DNA of 64,000 bases from Dehalococcoidia bacterium (lineage in GTDB: Bacteria; Chloroflexota; Dehalococcoidia; Bin125), in contig CAXXSR010000001.1 of NCBI GenBank assembly GCA_963662615.2, positions 928,001 through 992,000 of the forward strand, in the 5' to 3' direction. The notes beneath the pieces are model-generated. The model worked only from the letters and a program-made list of their open reading frames with translations, ran no database searches and was not told where the DNA came from. Below, one piece after another: positions 1 through 10,686 of this stretch (position 1 is its first letter; each line of letters begins with the position of its first letter). Both the position numbers and the translations under genes were made by a program.

Positions 1-2
1 AT

Positions 3-1130
3 CTGTTCCCGTCGCTCGGCGGCACACTGCTCACGCTGGTCAGCGCCGGCATCGGGGCTCTGCTCCTCTTCGGCATCCTCTGGTTCGTCTTCGTCGATGC
101 GAACTGGCAGGTGGTCACGGCCAACCGCTGGCTGTTGTTTGCCGGAAGCTTCCCCCACGATCAGGAATGGCGCTTGTGGACTGCGATCGGCGTGGTCTTC
201 ACACTGATTGGGCTGGCCTACGGCACCTGGTCCGGCCTGGGCCGCAAGGACCATCTGTTCATCGCCCTGGCGGGTGGATTCATCGTCTTCCTCATGGCGC
301 ACGGCGGGGCGCAGATCTGGTCATCGATCTGGTTCTTGGCCGCGATCCTGCTGCTCTACGTAGGCTACGCCGTCATGGTGCGGATGCCACGCGAACCGGG
401 ACCGACTCGACGGTGGCAGCTGCGTAGTGTCGGCGCACTGCTGGCGCTCTCCCTGCCGATCGCCCTTGTCATCCTGATGGTGGGCGGCGGCGCCAGCGCA
501 CGACAGCTGGACGGCTTCATCCTCAACCTCGTGCTGGCCCCCGTGGGCATCGTTGGCGGGCTAGTGGTGGCGATCCCGCTCGCGCTCGGGCGTGCCTCGT
601 CCATGCGTACCATCTCCTGGACCTGCACGGCCTACATCGAAGTGGTGCGCGGGGCGCCCCTGCTGGGCTGGCTGTTCGTCGCGCTGTTCATCCTGGACGA
701 CGTGATCGGCGGCGATCTGATCGTACGCACGATGGTCGTGCTCGCCATCTTCACGGGAGCCTACATGGCGGAGTCCATCCGCGGCGGGCTGCAGACCATC
801 CCCCGCGGCCAGTATGAGGCCGCCCACGCGGTGGGGCTCAACCAATTCCAGGCGATGCAGCTGATCATTCTGCCCCAGGCGCTGCGGATCTCGATCCCCC
901 CAATGGCGGGGCAGGCGATCTCAATCTGGAAGGATACCACGCTGGTGACCGTCATCCTTACCCTGCGCGAGTTCAAGGGCAACGCAGACTCCGCGATCGC
1001 ACAAGTGGACTTCATCGATGACCGGATCGAAGCCTACGTCTTCGTGGCGCTAGGCTTCTGGATCGTGGCATTCATGATGTCGCGAGTCTCGCAGCGCATG
1101 GAGCGCGCCCAGGGCGTAGGCGAACGCTAG
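3..1130 (+). CDS. Polar amino acid ABC transporter permease (AapM-like), 5'-partial
   Basis: Frame is open from the window start (LFPSLGGTLLTL...); hydrophobic TM segments; EAA motif AESIRGGLQTIPRGQYEAAHAVGL; next to the ATPase gene. Confidence 0.9.
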   Translation: MFPSLGGTLLTLVSAGIGALLLFGILWFVFVDANWQVVTANRWLLFAGSFPHDQEWRLWTAIGVVFTLIGLAYGTWSGLGRKDHLFIALAGGFIVFLMAHGGAQIWSSIWFLAAILLLYVGYAVMVRMPREPGPTRRWQLRSVGALLALSLPIALVILMVGGGASARQLDGFILNLVLAPVGIVGGLVVAIPLALGRASSMRTISWTCTAYIEVVRGAPLLGWLFVALFILDDVIGGDLIVRTMVVLAIFTGAYMAESIRGGLQTIPRGQYEAAHAVGLNQFQAMQLIILPQALRISIPPMAGQAISIWKDTTLVTVILTLREFKGNADSAIAQVDFIDDRIEAYVFVALGFWIVAFMMSRVSQRMERAQGVGER

Positions 1131-1154
1131 GATCGCATTCGAGGGGAGTGCAGC

Positions 1155-1961
<807 letters not shown>

Positions 1962-1990
1962 GACCAGCACTAGCGGACCTGTGCAGCGCG

Positions 1991-2201
1991 CGGGCACTGA
2001 CGTTTGACGTGTTCGGCACCGTCGTCGACTGGCGTTGATTGAAGGCGTTCGGCGCGCGGCGTGACGTCGTGAGCAATGAGGGGGTTCGTGGATCGTTGGC
2101 GGCGCGAGGGCTACGCGGGCAACATTCGTCTCGTGCGCGACGGGCAGCTTCCGTTTCAGACGGCCGATTCGTTGCACCGACCAATGTTGGAACATGCTGC
2201 T
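1991..2201 (+). pseudogene. Haloacid dehalogenase type II remnant, truncated by IS insertion
   Basis: RALTFDVFGTVVDWR* (HAD motif I, stop 2036-2038), then in another frame FVDRWRREGYAGNIRLVRDGQLPFQTADSLHR; ends at the IS left end. Confidence 0.75.
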
Positions 2202-2268
2202 TGACCTGCCCCCCCAGAACCGGTCCAGATCCTGTGCGAGGATTCGGGCCGGTGCGAAGGGAGTCGGC

Positions 2269-2547
2269 ATGGCACGCAAGCGGTACGCGGCCGAGGAGAT
2301 CATCGGCAAACTGCGGGAGGCGGAGGTGGTGCTCGCGCAGGGGGAAGCGGTCGCGCAGGTCGCGCGCCGCCTCGGCGTGGCCGAGCCAACGTATTACCGC
2401 TGGCGGCGGGAGTACGGGGGGCTGCGGGTCGACCAGGCCAAGCGGCTGCAAGAACTGGAGCGCGAGAACAGTCGGCTGAAGCGGTTGGTGGCCGATCAGG
2501 CGCTGGACAACGCGATGTTGCGGGACGTCGCAGCGGGAAACTTCTGA
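2269..2547 (+). CDS. IS3 transposase OrfA (HTH)
   Basis: MARKRYAAEEIIGKLREAEV...TYYRWRREYGG...LERENSRLKRLVAD; ends GGGAAAC TTC TGA. Confidence 0.9.
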   Translation: MARKRYAAEEIIGKLREAEVVLAQGEAVAQVARRLGVAEPTYYRWRREYGGLRVDQAKRLQELERENSRLKRLVADQALDNAMLRDVAAGNF

Positions 2548-3414
2548 GCCCGGCCAAGCGGCGCCGGGCGACATCCTACCTCACGGACCAGTACGCGGTG
2601 TCGGAGCGGCGGGCCTGCCAGGTCACCGGCCAGGCGCGGGCGACACAGCGCTACGTGCCCCGGCCGTCCCCGGATGCGCCGGCGCTGATCGCGCGCATCG
2701 TCGCGCTGGCCACCCGCTTCGGCCGCTACGGCTCCCGTCGCATCACGGCCCTGCTGCGCCAGGAGGGCTGGCGGGTGAACCACAAGCGGGTCGAGCGGCT
2801 CTGGCGTCAGGAAGGCTTGCGGGTCCCCGGGAAGCACCCCCAACGGGGCCGCCTCTGGCTCGCGGCCGGCTCGCTGGTGCGGCGGCGGGCCGAGCGGCCG
2901 TCCCACGTCTGGTCCTACGACTTCGTCTTCGACCGCACCGCCGCTGGGCGCCCGGTGCGGATCCTCGCCATCGTGGATGAGGACCACCCGCGAGTGCCTG
3001 CGTCTCGACGTCGCCCGCCGACTGCGCAGCGACGACGTCCTGGCGCGGTTGGCCCAGCTGTTCGTCGAGCGCGGGCCGCCGACGTTGCTGCGGTCCGACA
3101 ACGGCCCGGAGTTCACCGCCACCGCGGTGCGGGACTGGCTGCACCGGGTCGGGGTCACGACCCTCTTCATCGCACCGGGCAGTCCTTGGGAGAACGGCTA
3201 TGTGGAATCGTTCCACGGCAAGCTGCGCGACGAGTGCCTCAATCGCGAGCGCTTCGACACCCTGCTGGAAGCCCAGATCCTCATCGAGGGCTGGCGGCGG
3301 GAGTACAACCAGATCCGCCCCCACAGTGCCCTCGGCTACCGCCCCCCCGCCCCGGAAACGCAGCAACCCCGGGAACGTCCCCTGACGCTCGTCCCGGCGA
3401 TCGGACTAACTTAA
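2544..3414 (+). pseudogene. IS3 transposase OrfB (DDE) with a +1 frameshift near 2981-2986
   Basis: WSYDF...ILAIVDE in one frame; TRECL...RSDNGPEF...SPWENGYVESF...RPHSALGY in another. Confidence 0.85.
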
Positions 3415-3509
3415 CGACTGGTACAACGATCGGGGTCAGGTCAATCCGGCGAGCGCTGATGGTGTCCTACATTAGCCTCGCAGCGGGACGCTGCGGTATC
3501 GTCGGCGTC

Positions 3510-5075
3510 ATGGCCCCCCAACTGCCTCTCGACGACCTGGACGCCGTAATCTTCGATCTCGACGGCGTGATTACCAAGACCGCCTCGGTGCACGCCGCCG
3601 CCTGGGAGCGGCTGTTCAACGAATACCTGGAGGAGCGAGCGGACCGCACGGGGGAGTCGTTCCAACCGTTCGAGCACCGCGACTACCTCGCCTACGTGGA
3701 TGGCAAGCCCCGCTACGACGGCGTCGCCGCCTTCCTGCGATCGCGCAATATCGCGTTGCCGTGGGGTGATCCCTCCGATCCTCCGGAGGCCGGGACGGTG
3801 TGCGGCCTCGGCAACCGTAAAAACGGCTACTTCCTGCACCATCTGCGCACCAACGGCGTCGAGGCCTACCCGACCTCGCTGGCGCTGATCGACTTCCTGC
3901 ACGAGCACGGCATCGAGACCGCCCTCATATCGTCCAGCAAGAACGCAAGACCGGTGCTGGAATCGGCCGGCGCCATCGACCGCTTCGAGGTGATCGTGGA
4001 TGGTCTGGTGGCAGAGGAGATCGGGCTGGCCGGCAAGCCCGATCCGGCGGTCTTCCTAGAGGCGGCCCGCCGGCTGGGGGTGGAGCCGGGAAGGGCGGCA
4101 GTGGTCGAGGACGCCCTCGCCGGCGTGGAAGCGGGCCGGCGCGGCAACTTCCGGCTCGTCTTGGGCGTGGACCGCTCCGATCAGGCCGACGCCCTGCGGT
4201 CCCACGGGGCCGACGTCGTGGTAGCGGACCTGGGCGAGGTTCTGCCCAGCCGGCAGGCGGCCCTCGACGAGCTGCCCTCGGCCCTGGAGGCCTTCGAAGA
4301 GATCGCAAATCGCCTGGAAGGGGTCGAGCCGGCAATCTTCTTCGACTACGACGGCACCCTGTCGCCGATCGTGGAGCACCCCGACCTGGCGGTGCTGGCC
4401 CCGTCGATGCTGGTAGCGCTGGAGCGGTTGATGCAGCACGCAACGGTGGCGATCGTGAGCGGACGGGACGCGGCCGACGTGCGCAGCAAGGTGAAGGTGG
4501 ATGGCATCTACTACGCCGGCAGCCACGGGCTCGACATCCTCGCCCCCTCGGGGGCGCCCGCCCGCGACGACCACCTAGCGGGCTTGGACCAGTTTCTACC
4601 CGTCCTGGACCAAGCGGAACAGTGTCTCGAGGATGCGGTGGCCGGGGTGCCGGGGGCGTGGGTGGAGCGCAAGCGCTTCGCCATAGCGGTGCACTACCGC
4701 CAGACGCCCCCCGACCGGCAAGGCGCGGTGCAGGAGGCGGTGTCCGCCGTCGCCCCCGAATTCCCCCGCTTGCGGGTGTCGAGCGGCAAGATGATCTTCG
4801 AGCTGCGCCCGGACATCGATTGGGACAAGGGCAAGGCGCTGCTCTGGCTCCTGGAGCAGATGGGGCTGGACCGGGCGGGGGTGCTGCCGATGTACCTGGG
4901 CGACGACACCACCGACGAGGACGCGTTCCGCGCCATCAGCGGGCTGGGCATCGGCGTGGTGGTCGGCACCGGCGCCCGCCCCTCGGCAGCCGACTACGCG
5001 GTGCGGGACCTCGGCGCGGTGCAGGAGCTACTGAGCAGGCTTGCCGCAAACCTGGAGCAGCGCGCCGGTGAGTGA
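3510..5075 (+). CDS. otsB: Beta-phosphoglucomutase-like HAD / trehalose-6-phosphate phosphatase (OtsB-like) fusion
   Basis: N-terminal FDLDGVIT...GKPDP...VVEDA; C-terminal FFDYDGTLSPI, YAGSHG, ELRPDIDWDKG, YLGDDTTDEDAF; TATCGT 7 nt before the ATG. Confidence 0.88.
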   Translation: MAPQLPLDDLDAVIFDLDGVITKTASVHAAAWERLFNEYLEERADRTGESFQPFEHRDYLAYVDGKPRYDGVAAFLRSRNIALPWGDPSDPPEAGTVCGLGNRKNGYFLHHLRTNGVEAYPTSLALIDFLHEHGIETALISSSKNARPVLESAGAIDRFEVIVDGLVAEEIGLAGKPDPAVFLEAARRLGVEPGRAAVVEDALAGVEAGRRGNFRLVLGVDRSDQADALRSHGADVVVADLGEVLPSRQAALDELPSALEAFEEIANRLEGVEPAIFFDYDGTLSPIVEHPDLAVLAPSMLVALERLMQHATVAIVSGRDAADVRSKVKVDGIYYAGSHGLDILAPSGAPARDDHLAGLDQFLPVLDQAEQCLEDAVAGVPGAWVERKRFAIAVHYRQTPPDRQGAVQEAVSAVAPEFPRLRVSSGKMIFELRPDIDWDKGKALLWLLEQMGLDRAGVLPMYLGDDTTDEDAFRAISGLGIGVVVGTGARPSAADYAVRDLGAVQELLSRLAANLEQRAGE

Positions 5076-7452
5076 GTGGGCGCTGGTCTATCGCGACTTC
5101 GATCCCGGCCAGGAGGGGCTGCGGGAGGCGCTCTGCACCCTGGGCAACGGCTATTTCGCCACCAGGGGGGCCGCGCCCGAGGCTGCCGCCGATGACTACC
5201 ACTACCCCGGGACCTACGTCGCCGGTCTCTTCAATCGGCTCGAGACCGAGATGGCGGGGAGGGTGATCGAGAACGAGGACATGGTCAATGTGCCCAACTG
5301 GCTGCCGCTGCGTTTCCGGATGGACGGAGGCGACTGGGTGGACCTGCGGGCCGTGGAGGTGCTCGACTACGAGCAGCGACTGGAGTTGCGCGCCGGGGTG
5401 CTGGTGCGCAGCTTCGTCTTCGTTGAAGAGGGCAGGCGGACCCGGGTGGCGCAGCGGCGCTTCGTGGGGATGGACGACCCCCACGTGGCGGGCCTGGAGA
5501 CGACCTTCCTCGCGGAGAACTGGTCGGGGGCACTGGAGGTGCGCTCGGAGCTGGACGGTACGGTCACCAACTCCGGTGTGTCCCGCTATCGCCAGCTGGC
5601 CAACCAGCACCTGACGCTGCAGGACGCCGGGGCGATAGACGACGAGTCCGTCTACCTGGTCGTGGAGACCAACCAGTCCCTCGTGCGCGTCGCCGAGGCG
5701 TGCCGTACCCGGGTGTGGGCCGAGGACGGCCCGGGCTCGGTCGAGCGCCGCCTGGTCGAGGAAGGGGCCCGGGTCGGTCACCACCTCGCTTTGGAGATGA
5801 GCGAGGGCGAGGCTGTGACGGTGGAGAAGGTGGTGGCGCTGTACACCTCCAGGGACAAGGCCATCTCCGACGCCGCCCTGGCGGCCCGCAACCGGGTCGT
5901 GGGGCTGGCGGGTTTCGAGGACCTCTTGCAGGGACACGTGTTGGCCTGGGACCAGCTGTGGCGCCGCTTCTGCCTGGAGGTGGAGGCGGCGGAGGAAGAC
6001 GTGATGATCCTCAACCTCCACGTGTTCCACCTGCTGCAGACGGTGTCGAAGCACACGATCGACCTCGACGTGGGCGTGCCGGCGCGGGGCCTGCACGGCG
6101 AGGCCTACCGCGGCCACATCTTCTGGGACGAACTGTTCATCTTCCCGTTCCTCAACCTCCATTTCCCCGACATCACCCGGTCGCTGCTGCAGTACCGCTT
6201 CCGGCGGCTGCCGGCGGCGCGGGAGGCGGCGCGGCGCCAGGGTCTGCCCGGGGCGCTGTATCCGTGGCAGAGTGGCAGCGACGGACGCGAGGAGAGCCAG
6301 ACCGTCCATCTCAATCCTCACTCCGGCAACTGGCCTCCCGACCACAGCTACTTGCAGCACCACATCAACATCGCCGTGGCCTACAACGTGTGGCAGTACT
6401 ACGAGGGCACCGGCGACGTGGAGTTCCTGGCCTGCTGCGGCACCGAGATGCTGGTGGAGATCGCCCGGCTGTGGGCCGGCCTGGCCAGCTACCGCCGCGA
6501 CCTCGACCGCTACGAGATCCGGGGGGTGATGGGCCCCGACGAGTACCACGACGCCTACCCCGACGCCGAGGAACCCGGCCTGAACAACAACGCCTACACC
6601 AACGTCATGGTGGTCTGGGCCCTGCAGCGGGCAGCCGAAGCGCTGGAGCTGACCCCGGAGTTTCGGCGCCAGGAGCTGTGGGAGAAACTGGGGCTGGCCC
6701 ATGAGGAGCTGGAGCACTGGAGCGAGATCAGTACCAAGATGTTGATCCCGTTCCACGACGGGGTCATCAGCCAGTTCGAGGGCTACGCCGACCTGAAGGA
6801 GTTCGACTGGTTGGGTTACACCGAGCGCTACGGGGATATCATGCGGCTGGATCGCATTTTGGAGGCGGAAGGCGACACCCCCAACCGCTACAAGCTGTCC
6901 AAGCAGGCGGACGTCCTCATGCTGTTTTACCTGCTGTCGGCGACCGAGCTGGAGGAGCTGCTCACCCGCCTCGGCTACGAGTGGGACCCCGAGCTCATCC
7001 CTCGCACCATCGACTATTACCGCCGCCGTACATCGCACGGTTCCACCCTCAGCCGTATCGTGCACTCCTGGGTCCTGGCCCGCTCGGATCGCGAGAAATC
7101 CTGGGAGTTCTTCCGTCAGGCGCTCCTCAGCGACGTCACGGACATACAGGGCGGGACGACTCCGGAGGGAATCCACCTCGGGGCGATGGCCGGCACCGTC
7201 GACCTGGTGCAGCGGGGCTACACCGGGCTGGAGACCCGGCGCGACACACTCATCCTCGATCCCGCACTGCCGGACGAGTTCGGGAAACTGCGATTCGACA
7301 TCCACTACCGCAGGCGCTGGGTCACCGTTGAGGTCGGGGACCGGCGCCTGTCAGTCACGAACAGGCCGGGACCCGGAGATCCCATCAAGGTGGGGATCGG
7401 CGACGACGTCATCGAGGTTCCCTCGGGCGTCACGAAGGTCGTGGAGTTGTGA
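5068..7452 (+). CDS. Glycoside hydrolase family 65 (trehalose/trehalose-6-P/maltose phosphorylase-like)
   Basis: REALCTLGNGYFATRG, ARGLHGEAYRGHIFWDE, GPDEYH, KQADV, HGSTLS; overlaps the upstream stop. Confidence 0.93.
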   Translation: MSEWALVYRDFDPGQEGLREALCTLGNGYFATRGAAPEAAADDYHYPGTYVAGLFNRLETEMAGRVIENEDMVNVPNWLPLRFRMDGGDWVDLRAVEVLDYEQRLELRAGVLVRSFVFVEEGRRTRVAQRRFVGMDDPHVAGLETTFLAENWSGALEVRSELDGTVTNSGVSRYRQLANQHLTLQDAGAIDDESVYLVVETNQSLVRVAEACRTRVWAEDGPGSVERRLVEEGARVGHHLALEMSEGEAVTVEKVVALYTSRDKAISDAALAARNRVVGLAGFEDLLQGHVLAWDQLWRRFCLEVEAAEEDVMILNLHVFHLLQTVSKHTIDLDVGVPARGLHGEAYRGHIFWDELFIFPFLNLHFPDITRSLLQYRFRRLPAAREAARRQGLPGALYPWQSGSDGREESQTVHLNPHSGNWPPDHSYLQHHINIAVAYNVWQYYEGTGDVEFLACCGTEMLVEIARLWAGLASYRRDLDRYEIRGVMGPDEYHDAYPDAEEPGLNNNAYTNVMVVWALQRAAEALELTPEFRRQELWEKLGLAHEELEHWSEISTKMLIPFHDGVISQFEGYADLKEFDWLGYTERYGDIMRLDRILEAEGDTPNRYKLSKQADVLMLFYLLSATELEELLTRLGYEWDPELIPRTIDYYRRRTSHGSTLSRIVHSWVLARSDREKSWEFFRQALLSDVTDIQGGTTPEGIHLGAMAGTVDLVQRGYTGLETRRDTLILDPALPDEFGKLRFDIHYRRRWVTVEVGDRRLSVTNRPGPGDPIKVGIGDDVIEVPSGVTKVVEL

Positions 7453-7750
7453 GCAGCGGCCGTCACGGCCGGCCGGCCACCCGTTGCTCACGGCTTCCTG
7501 CGCGATGTGCAGGACGGCGGCCGATATCTCAGGCCATTTCGGCGGCGTTGAGGAGCATCGCACTGCTCGGGCGCGAAGGACGGGAACGATCATGGAAGGT
7601 GACGGCCAGCTGGGGCTGATCCGCCACCTATGGGGCGGGAATAATGCATCGTTCTGATCTCGATGCCGTGGGCTGCGCCGATCGAGCGCCACTCAGTGGA
7701 ACGGCCGGTCGCCTTTGATGGTGACGCGGATGCCGCGTCGCGTCTCGGGG

Positions 7751-8992
7751 TGACCTGCCCCCCCAGAACCGGTCCAGATCCTGTGCGAGGATTCGGGGCG
7801 GTGCGAAGGGAGTCGGCATGGCACGCAAGCGGTACGCGGCCGAGGAGATCATCGGCAAACTGCGGGAGGCGGAGGTGGTGCTCGCGCAGGGGGAAGCGGT
7901 CGCGCAGGTCGCGCGCCGCCTCGGCGTGGCCGAGCCAACGTATTACCGCTGGCGGCGGGAGTACGGGGGTCTGCGGGTCGACCAGGCCAAGCGGCTGAAA
8001 GAACTGGAGCGCGAGAACAGTCGGCTGAAGCGGTTGGTGGCCGATCAGGCGCTGGCCAACGCGATGTTGCGGGACGTCGCAGCGGGAAACTTCTGCGCCC
8101 GGCCCAGCGGCGCCGGGCGACATCCTCCCGCACGGACCAGGACGCGGTGTCGGAGCGGCGGGCCGGCCAGGTCACCGGCCAGGCGCGGGCGACACAGCGC
8201 TACGTGCCCCGGCCGTCCCCGGATGCGCCGGCGCTGATCGCGCGCATCGTCGCGCTGGCCACCCGCTTCGGCCGCTACGGCTCCCGTCGCATCACGGCCC
8301 TGCTGCGCCAGGAGGGCTGGCGGGTGAACCACAAGCGGGTCGAGCGGCGCTGGCGTCAGGAAGGCTTGCGGGTCCCCGGGAAGCACCCCCAACGGGGCCG
8401 CCTCTGGCTCGCGGCCGGCTCGCTGGTGCGGCGGCGGGCCGAGCGGCCGTCCCACGTCTGGTCCTACGACTTCGTCTTCGACCGCACCGCCGATGGGCGC
8501 CCGGTGCGGATCCTCGCCATCGTGGATGAGGACCACCCGCGAGTGCCTGCGTCTCGACGTCGCCCGCCGACTGCGCAGCGACGACGTCCTGGCGCGGTTG
8601 GCCCAGCTGTTCGTCGAGCGCGGGCCGCCGACGTTGCTGCGGTCCGACAACGGCCCGGAGTTCACCGCCACCGCGGTGCGGGACTGGCTGCACCGGGTCG
8701 GGGTCACGACCCTCTTCATCGCACCGGGCAGTCCTTGGGAGAACGGCTATGTGGAATCGTTCCACGGCAAGCTGCGCGACGAGTGCCTCAATCGCGAGCG
8801 CTTCGACACCCTGCTGGAAGCCCAGATCCTCATCGAGGGCTGGCGGCGGGAGTACAACCAGATCCGCCCCCACAGTGCCCTCGGCTACCGCCCCCCCGCC
8901 CCGGAAACGCAGCAACCCCGGGAACGTCCCCTGACGCTCGTCCCGGCGATCGGACTAACTTAACGACTGGTACAACGATCGGGGGCAGGTCA
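7751..8992 (+). mobile_element. IS3-family insertion sequence, copy 2 (direct repeat of copy 1), decayed
   Basis: Same 1242-bp element; 13 substitutions versus copy 1; orfA stop TGA changed to TGC; same orfB frameshift. Confidence 0.95.
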
Positions 8993-9104
8993 GTGCGCGT
9001 CACCGACTCCAACGGGCTCTCGATGCTCGTGCCCGTCAGAGTGGACATCATCAACTGACCTCCAGTCGCTGGCTTTGGTATGCTAGCGCGCAGGAGGGCA
9101 CATA

Positions 9105-9707
9105 ATGCTGCGACTGGCTGCGATCGCTCTGGTGCTACTGCTCGCAGGCTTCCTCGCTCTCGCTCTCGCGCCGACCGCGCAGGCCCAGGACGATCCCTAC
9201 GGTGACGGCCTCACTCGTGGCGAACTTGGCGAGTGGTTCCGCGAGAACTCACCCGGCGAGACTGAGCTTCGGACCGCCATACTGGGCTGGATCGATCCAT
9301 GCAAGGAAGACGGCTGCTGGCTCACCCGGGGCAAGGTGTTTCTGGCGATGAGCCAGGTGGACGACGATGACGCCGGCGCCGAGTCTTCCATCGGCAAGTT
9401 CCACAGCACCGATACTCCTAGCGGTTCGCACGTCACCGGGGAGACGTTGCAGGGCTGGATCAACGAGTGGCGGGCATTCCACAGGGCCGAACATGCAGCG
9501 GCGCCGCCAGCGGCGCCGCCCACGCCTGAGCCGACACCGCCCCCTGTGCCGACGCCGTGGTGGGAGGAGACGACCCCGGCGCCACACTCCGTGGAGACAT
9601 TCGAGGTGCAGCCGTGGTGGTGCGATGGCAACCGCTGCGGTTTCACCCCCGGGCCGCTGGTCACGTGCCACGTTATGAGCGACGGCTTCATCGAGTGCGA
9701 GCAGTGA
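9105..9707 (+). CDS. Hypothetical secreted protein with Pro-rich linker and Cys-rich C-terminus
   Basis: RBS AGGAGG; signal peptide ending AQA; PPAAPPTPEPTPPP linker; WWCDGNRCG...CHVMSDGFIEC. Confidence 0.65.
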   Translation: MLRLAAIALVLLLAGFLALALAPTAQAQDDPYGDGLTRGELGEWFRENSPGETELRTAILGWIDPCKEDGCWLTRGKVFLAMSQVDDDDAGAESSIGKFHSTDTPSGSHVTGETLQGWINEWRAFHRAEHAAAPPAAPPTPEPTPPPVPTPWWEETTPAPHSVETFEVQPWWCDGNRCGFTPGPLVTCHVMSDGFIECEQ

Positions 9708-9722
9708 ACCCGGGAGGCTCCG

Positions 9723-9962
9723 ATGCCTGAACCGTTCTCCGAACAGAACGTCCTTCACTCCTGGGAGCTTCAGTTCTGCCAGCGCATCGTGCCGCTCCTC
9801 GCAGCGCTCGGGGTCCAGCGACTCCACGCGAACAAGATGGGCCGCATTGATCGCACCGCCGAGCTGCCTCACACGTGGGCGCTCGGCTGGCGTGAAGGCA
9901 AAAACGACCATCGCCCGAGCGTCTCGCCGCGTGACATTCGGGCGGACGACATTTTCTGGTAG
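9723..9962 (+). CDS. Hypothetical protein (79 aa), possibly a fragment
   Basis: GGGAGG RBS before the ATG; directly follows the previous gene. Confidence 0.4.
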   Translation: MPEPFSEQNVLHSWELQFCQRIVPLLAALGVQRLHANKMGRIDRTAELPHTWALGWREGKNDHRPSVSPRDIRADDIFW

Positions 9963-10214
9963 CACACCCGTCATCAGCTCTATCCGCTCGGTCAGGGCCG
10001 CCAGATACCCGAAGGTCGGGAACGGCTCCGGCTACTCCTGCTCGTAGGTATACGGGCCTTCCCAGCCGTCGGGCCGATCCGGATCGGCCCCGAGGACGTA
10101 CTCGCCCATGGCCCGGCGTGCGTAGCCGGCCGCCTCAGCCGCTTGCGCGTAATCACGCAGGATGGCGGGGTCGGAGCCCAACTCGCAGGACGGATAGAAG
10201 GCGACCAACTCCAC
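9960..10214 (-). pseudogene. LLM-class F420-dependent oxidoreductase N-terminal remnant
   Basis: ELGSDPAILRDYAQAAEAAGY...VLGADP...GPYT..*PEPFPTFGYLAALTERIELMTGVL; internal stop at 10032 and truncation. Confidence 0.75.
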
Positions 10215-10465
10215 AGCACACCTCGCTTCCTGAATCGGTGAACGGCCCCGACCGACTCCTCAGCTCGGTTCAGATTCCGCCGCCGACACGCTCGGCAGCC
10301 GTTGCCGCAGCTCGGCAAGCGTGGCCCCGCGGTATCGCCAGTCCGCCCACCCATTCCAGCTCCGACGACTCCGGATCGCCGCTGAAGCGGCCGACGGCGT
10401 GCCATGGTTCCCGCTCCGCACTTCGCCCCTTTCCCGTGCTCTGTCTACTCAGGTATGTAATCCCC

Positions 10466-10605
10466 TCTCGCCCTGCGCCAGGCCACCTCCGCCTCCCGCA
10501 GCGTCCCGATGATCTGCTCTGCCGTGGACCGCTTCCGCGCCATGCCGACTCCCCTCTCTCGGCCGCGATCCTCGCACAGGATATGGACCGGTTCTGGGCA
10601 GGTCA
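10466..10605 (-). mobile_element. Truncated left end of a related IS3 element
   Basis: Reverse complement TGACCTGCCCAGAACCGGTCCATATCCTGTGCGAGGAT...GGAGTCGGCATG, encoding MARKRSTAEQIIGTLREAEV. Confidence 0.85.
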
Positions 10606-10686
10606 GGAGGGGTAAGACAGAGAAACTGCACAAGCGCTTGTTCATTATGGTTTGCTTGACGGATCAATATTTGCCATCATAGCCAC

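Larger units (their letters stand above)
2202..3443 (+). mobile_element. IS3-family insertion sequence (IS407-like), copy 1, 1242 bp, orfB frameshifted
   Basis: Ends TGACCTGCCCCCCCAG...CTGGTACAACGATCGGGGTCAGGTCA (TG..CA imperfect inverted repeats); orfA, GGGAAAC slippery site, DDE orfB. Confidence 0.95.

Noticed and set aside
2598-5075. 825-aa apparent transposase-phosphatase fusion ORF
   Set aside because: Artefact of the orfB frameshift reading through the IS end; the real gene starts at 3510 with its own -10 element
2195-9000. Target-site duplication around the IS copies or the composite unit
   Set aside because: Flanks (TGCT|..|ATCC and GGGG|..|GTGC) show no matching 3-4 bp direct repeat
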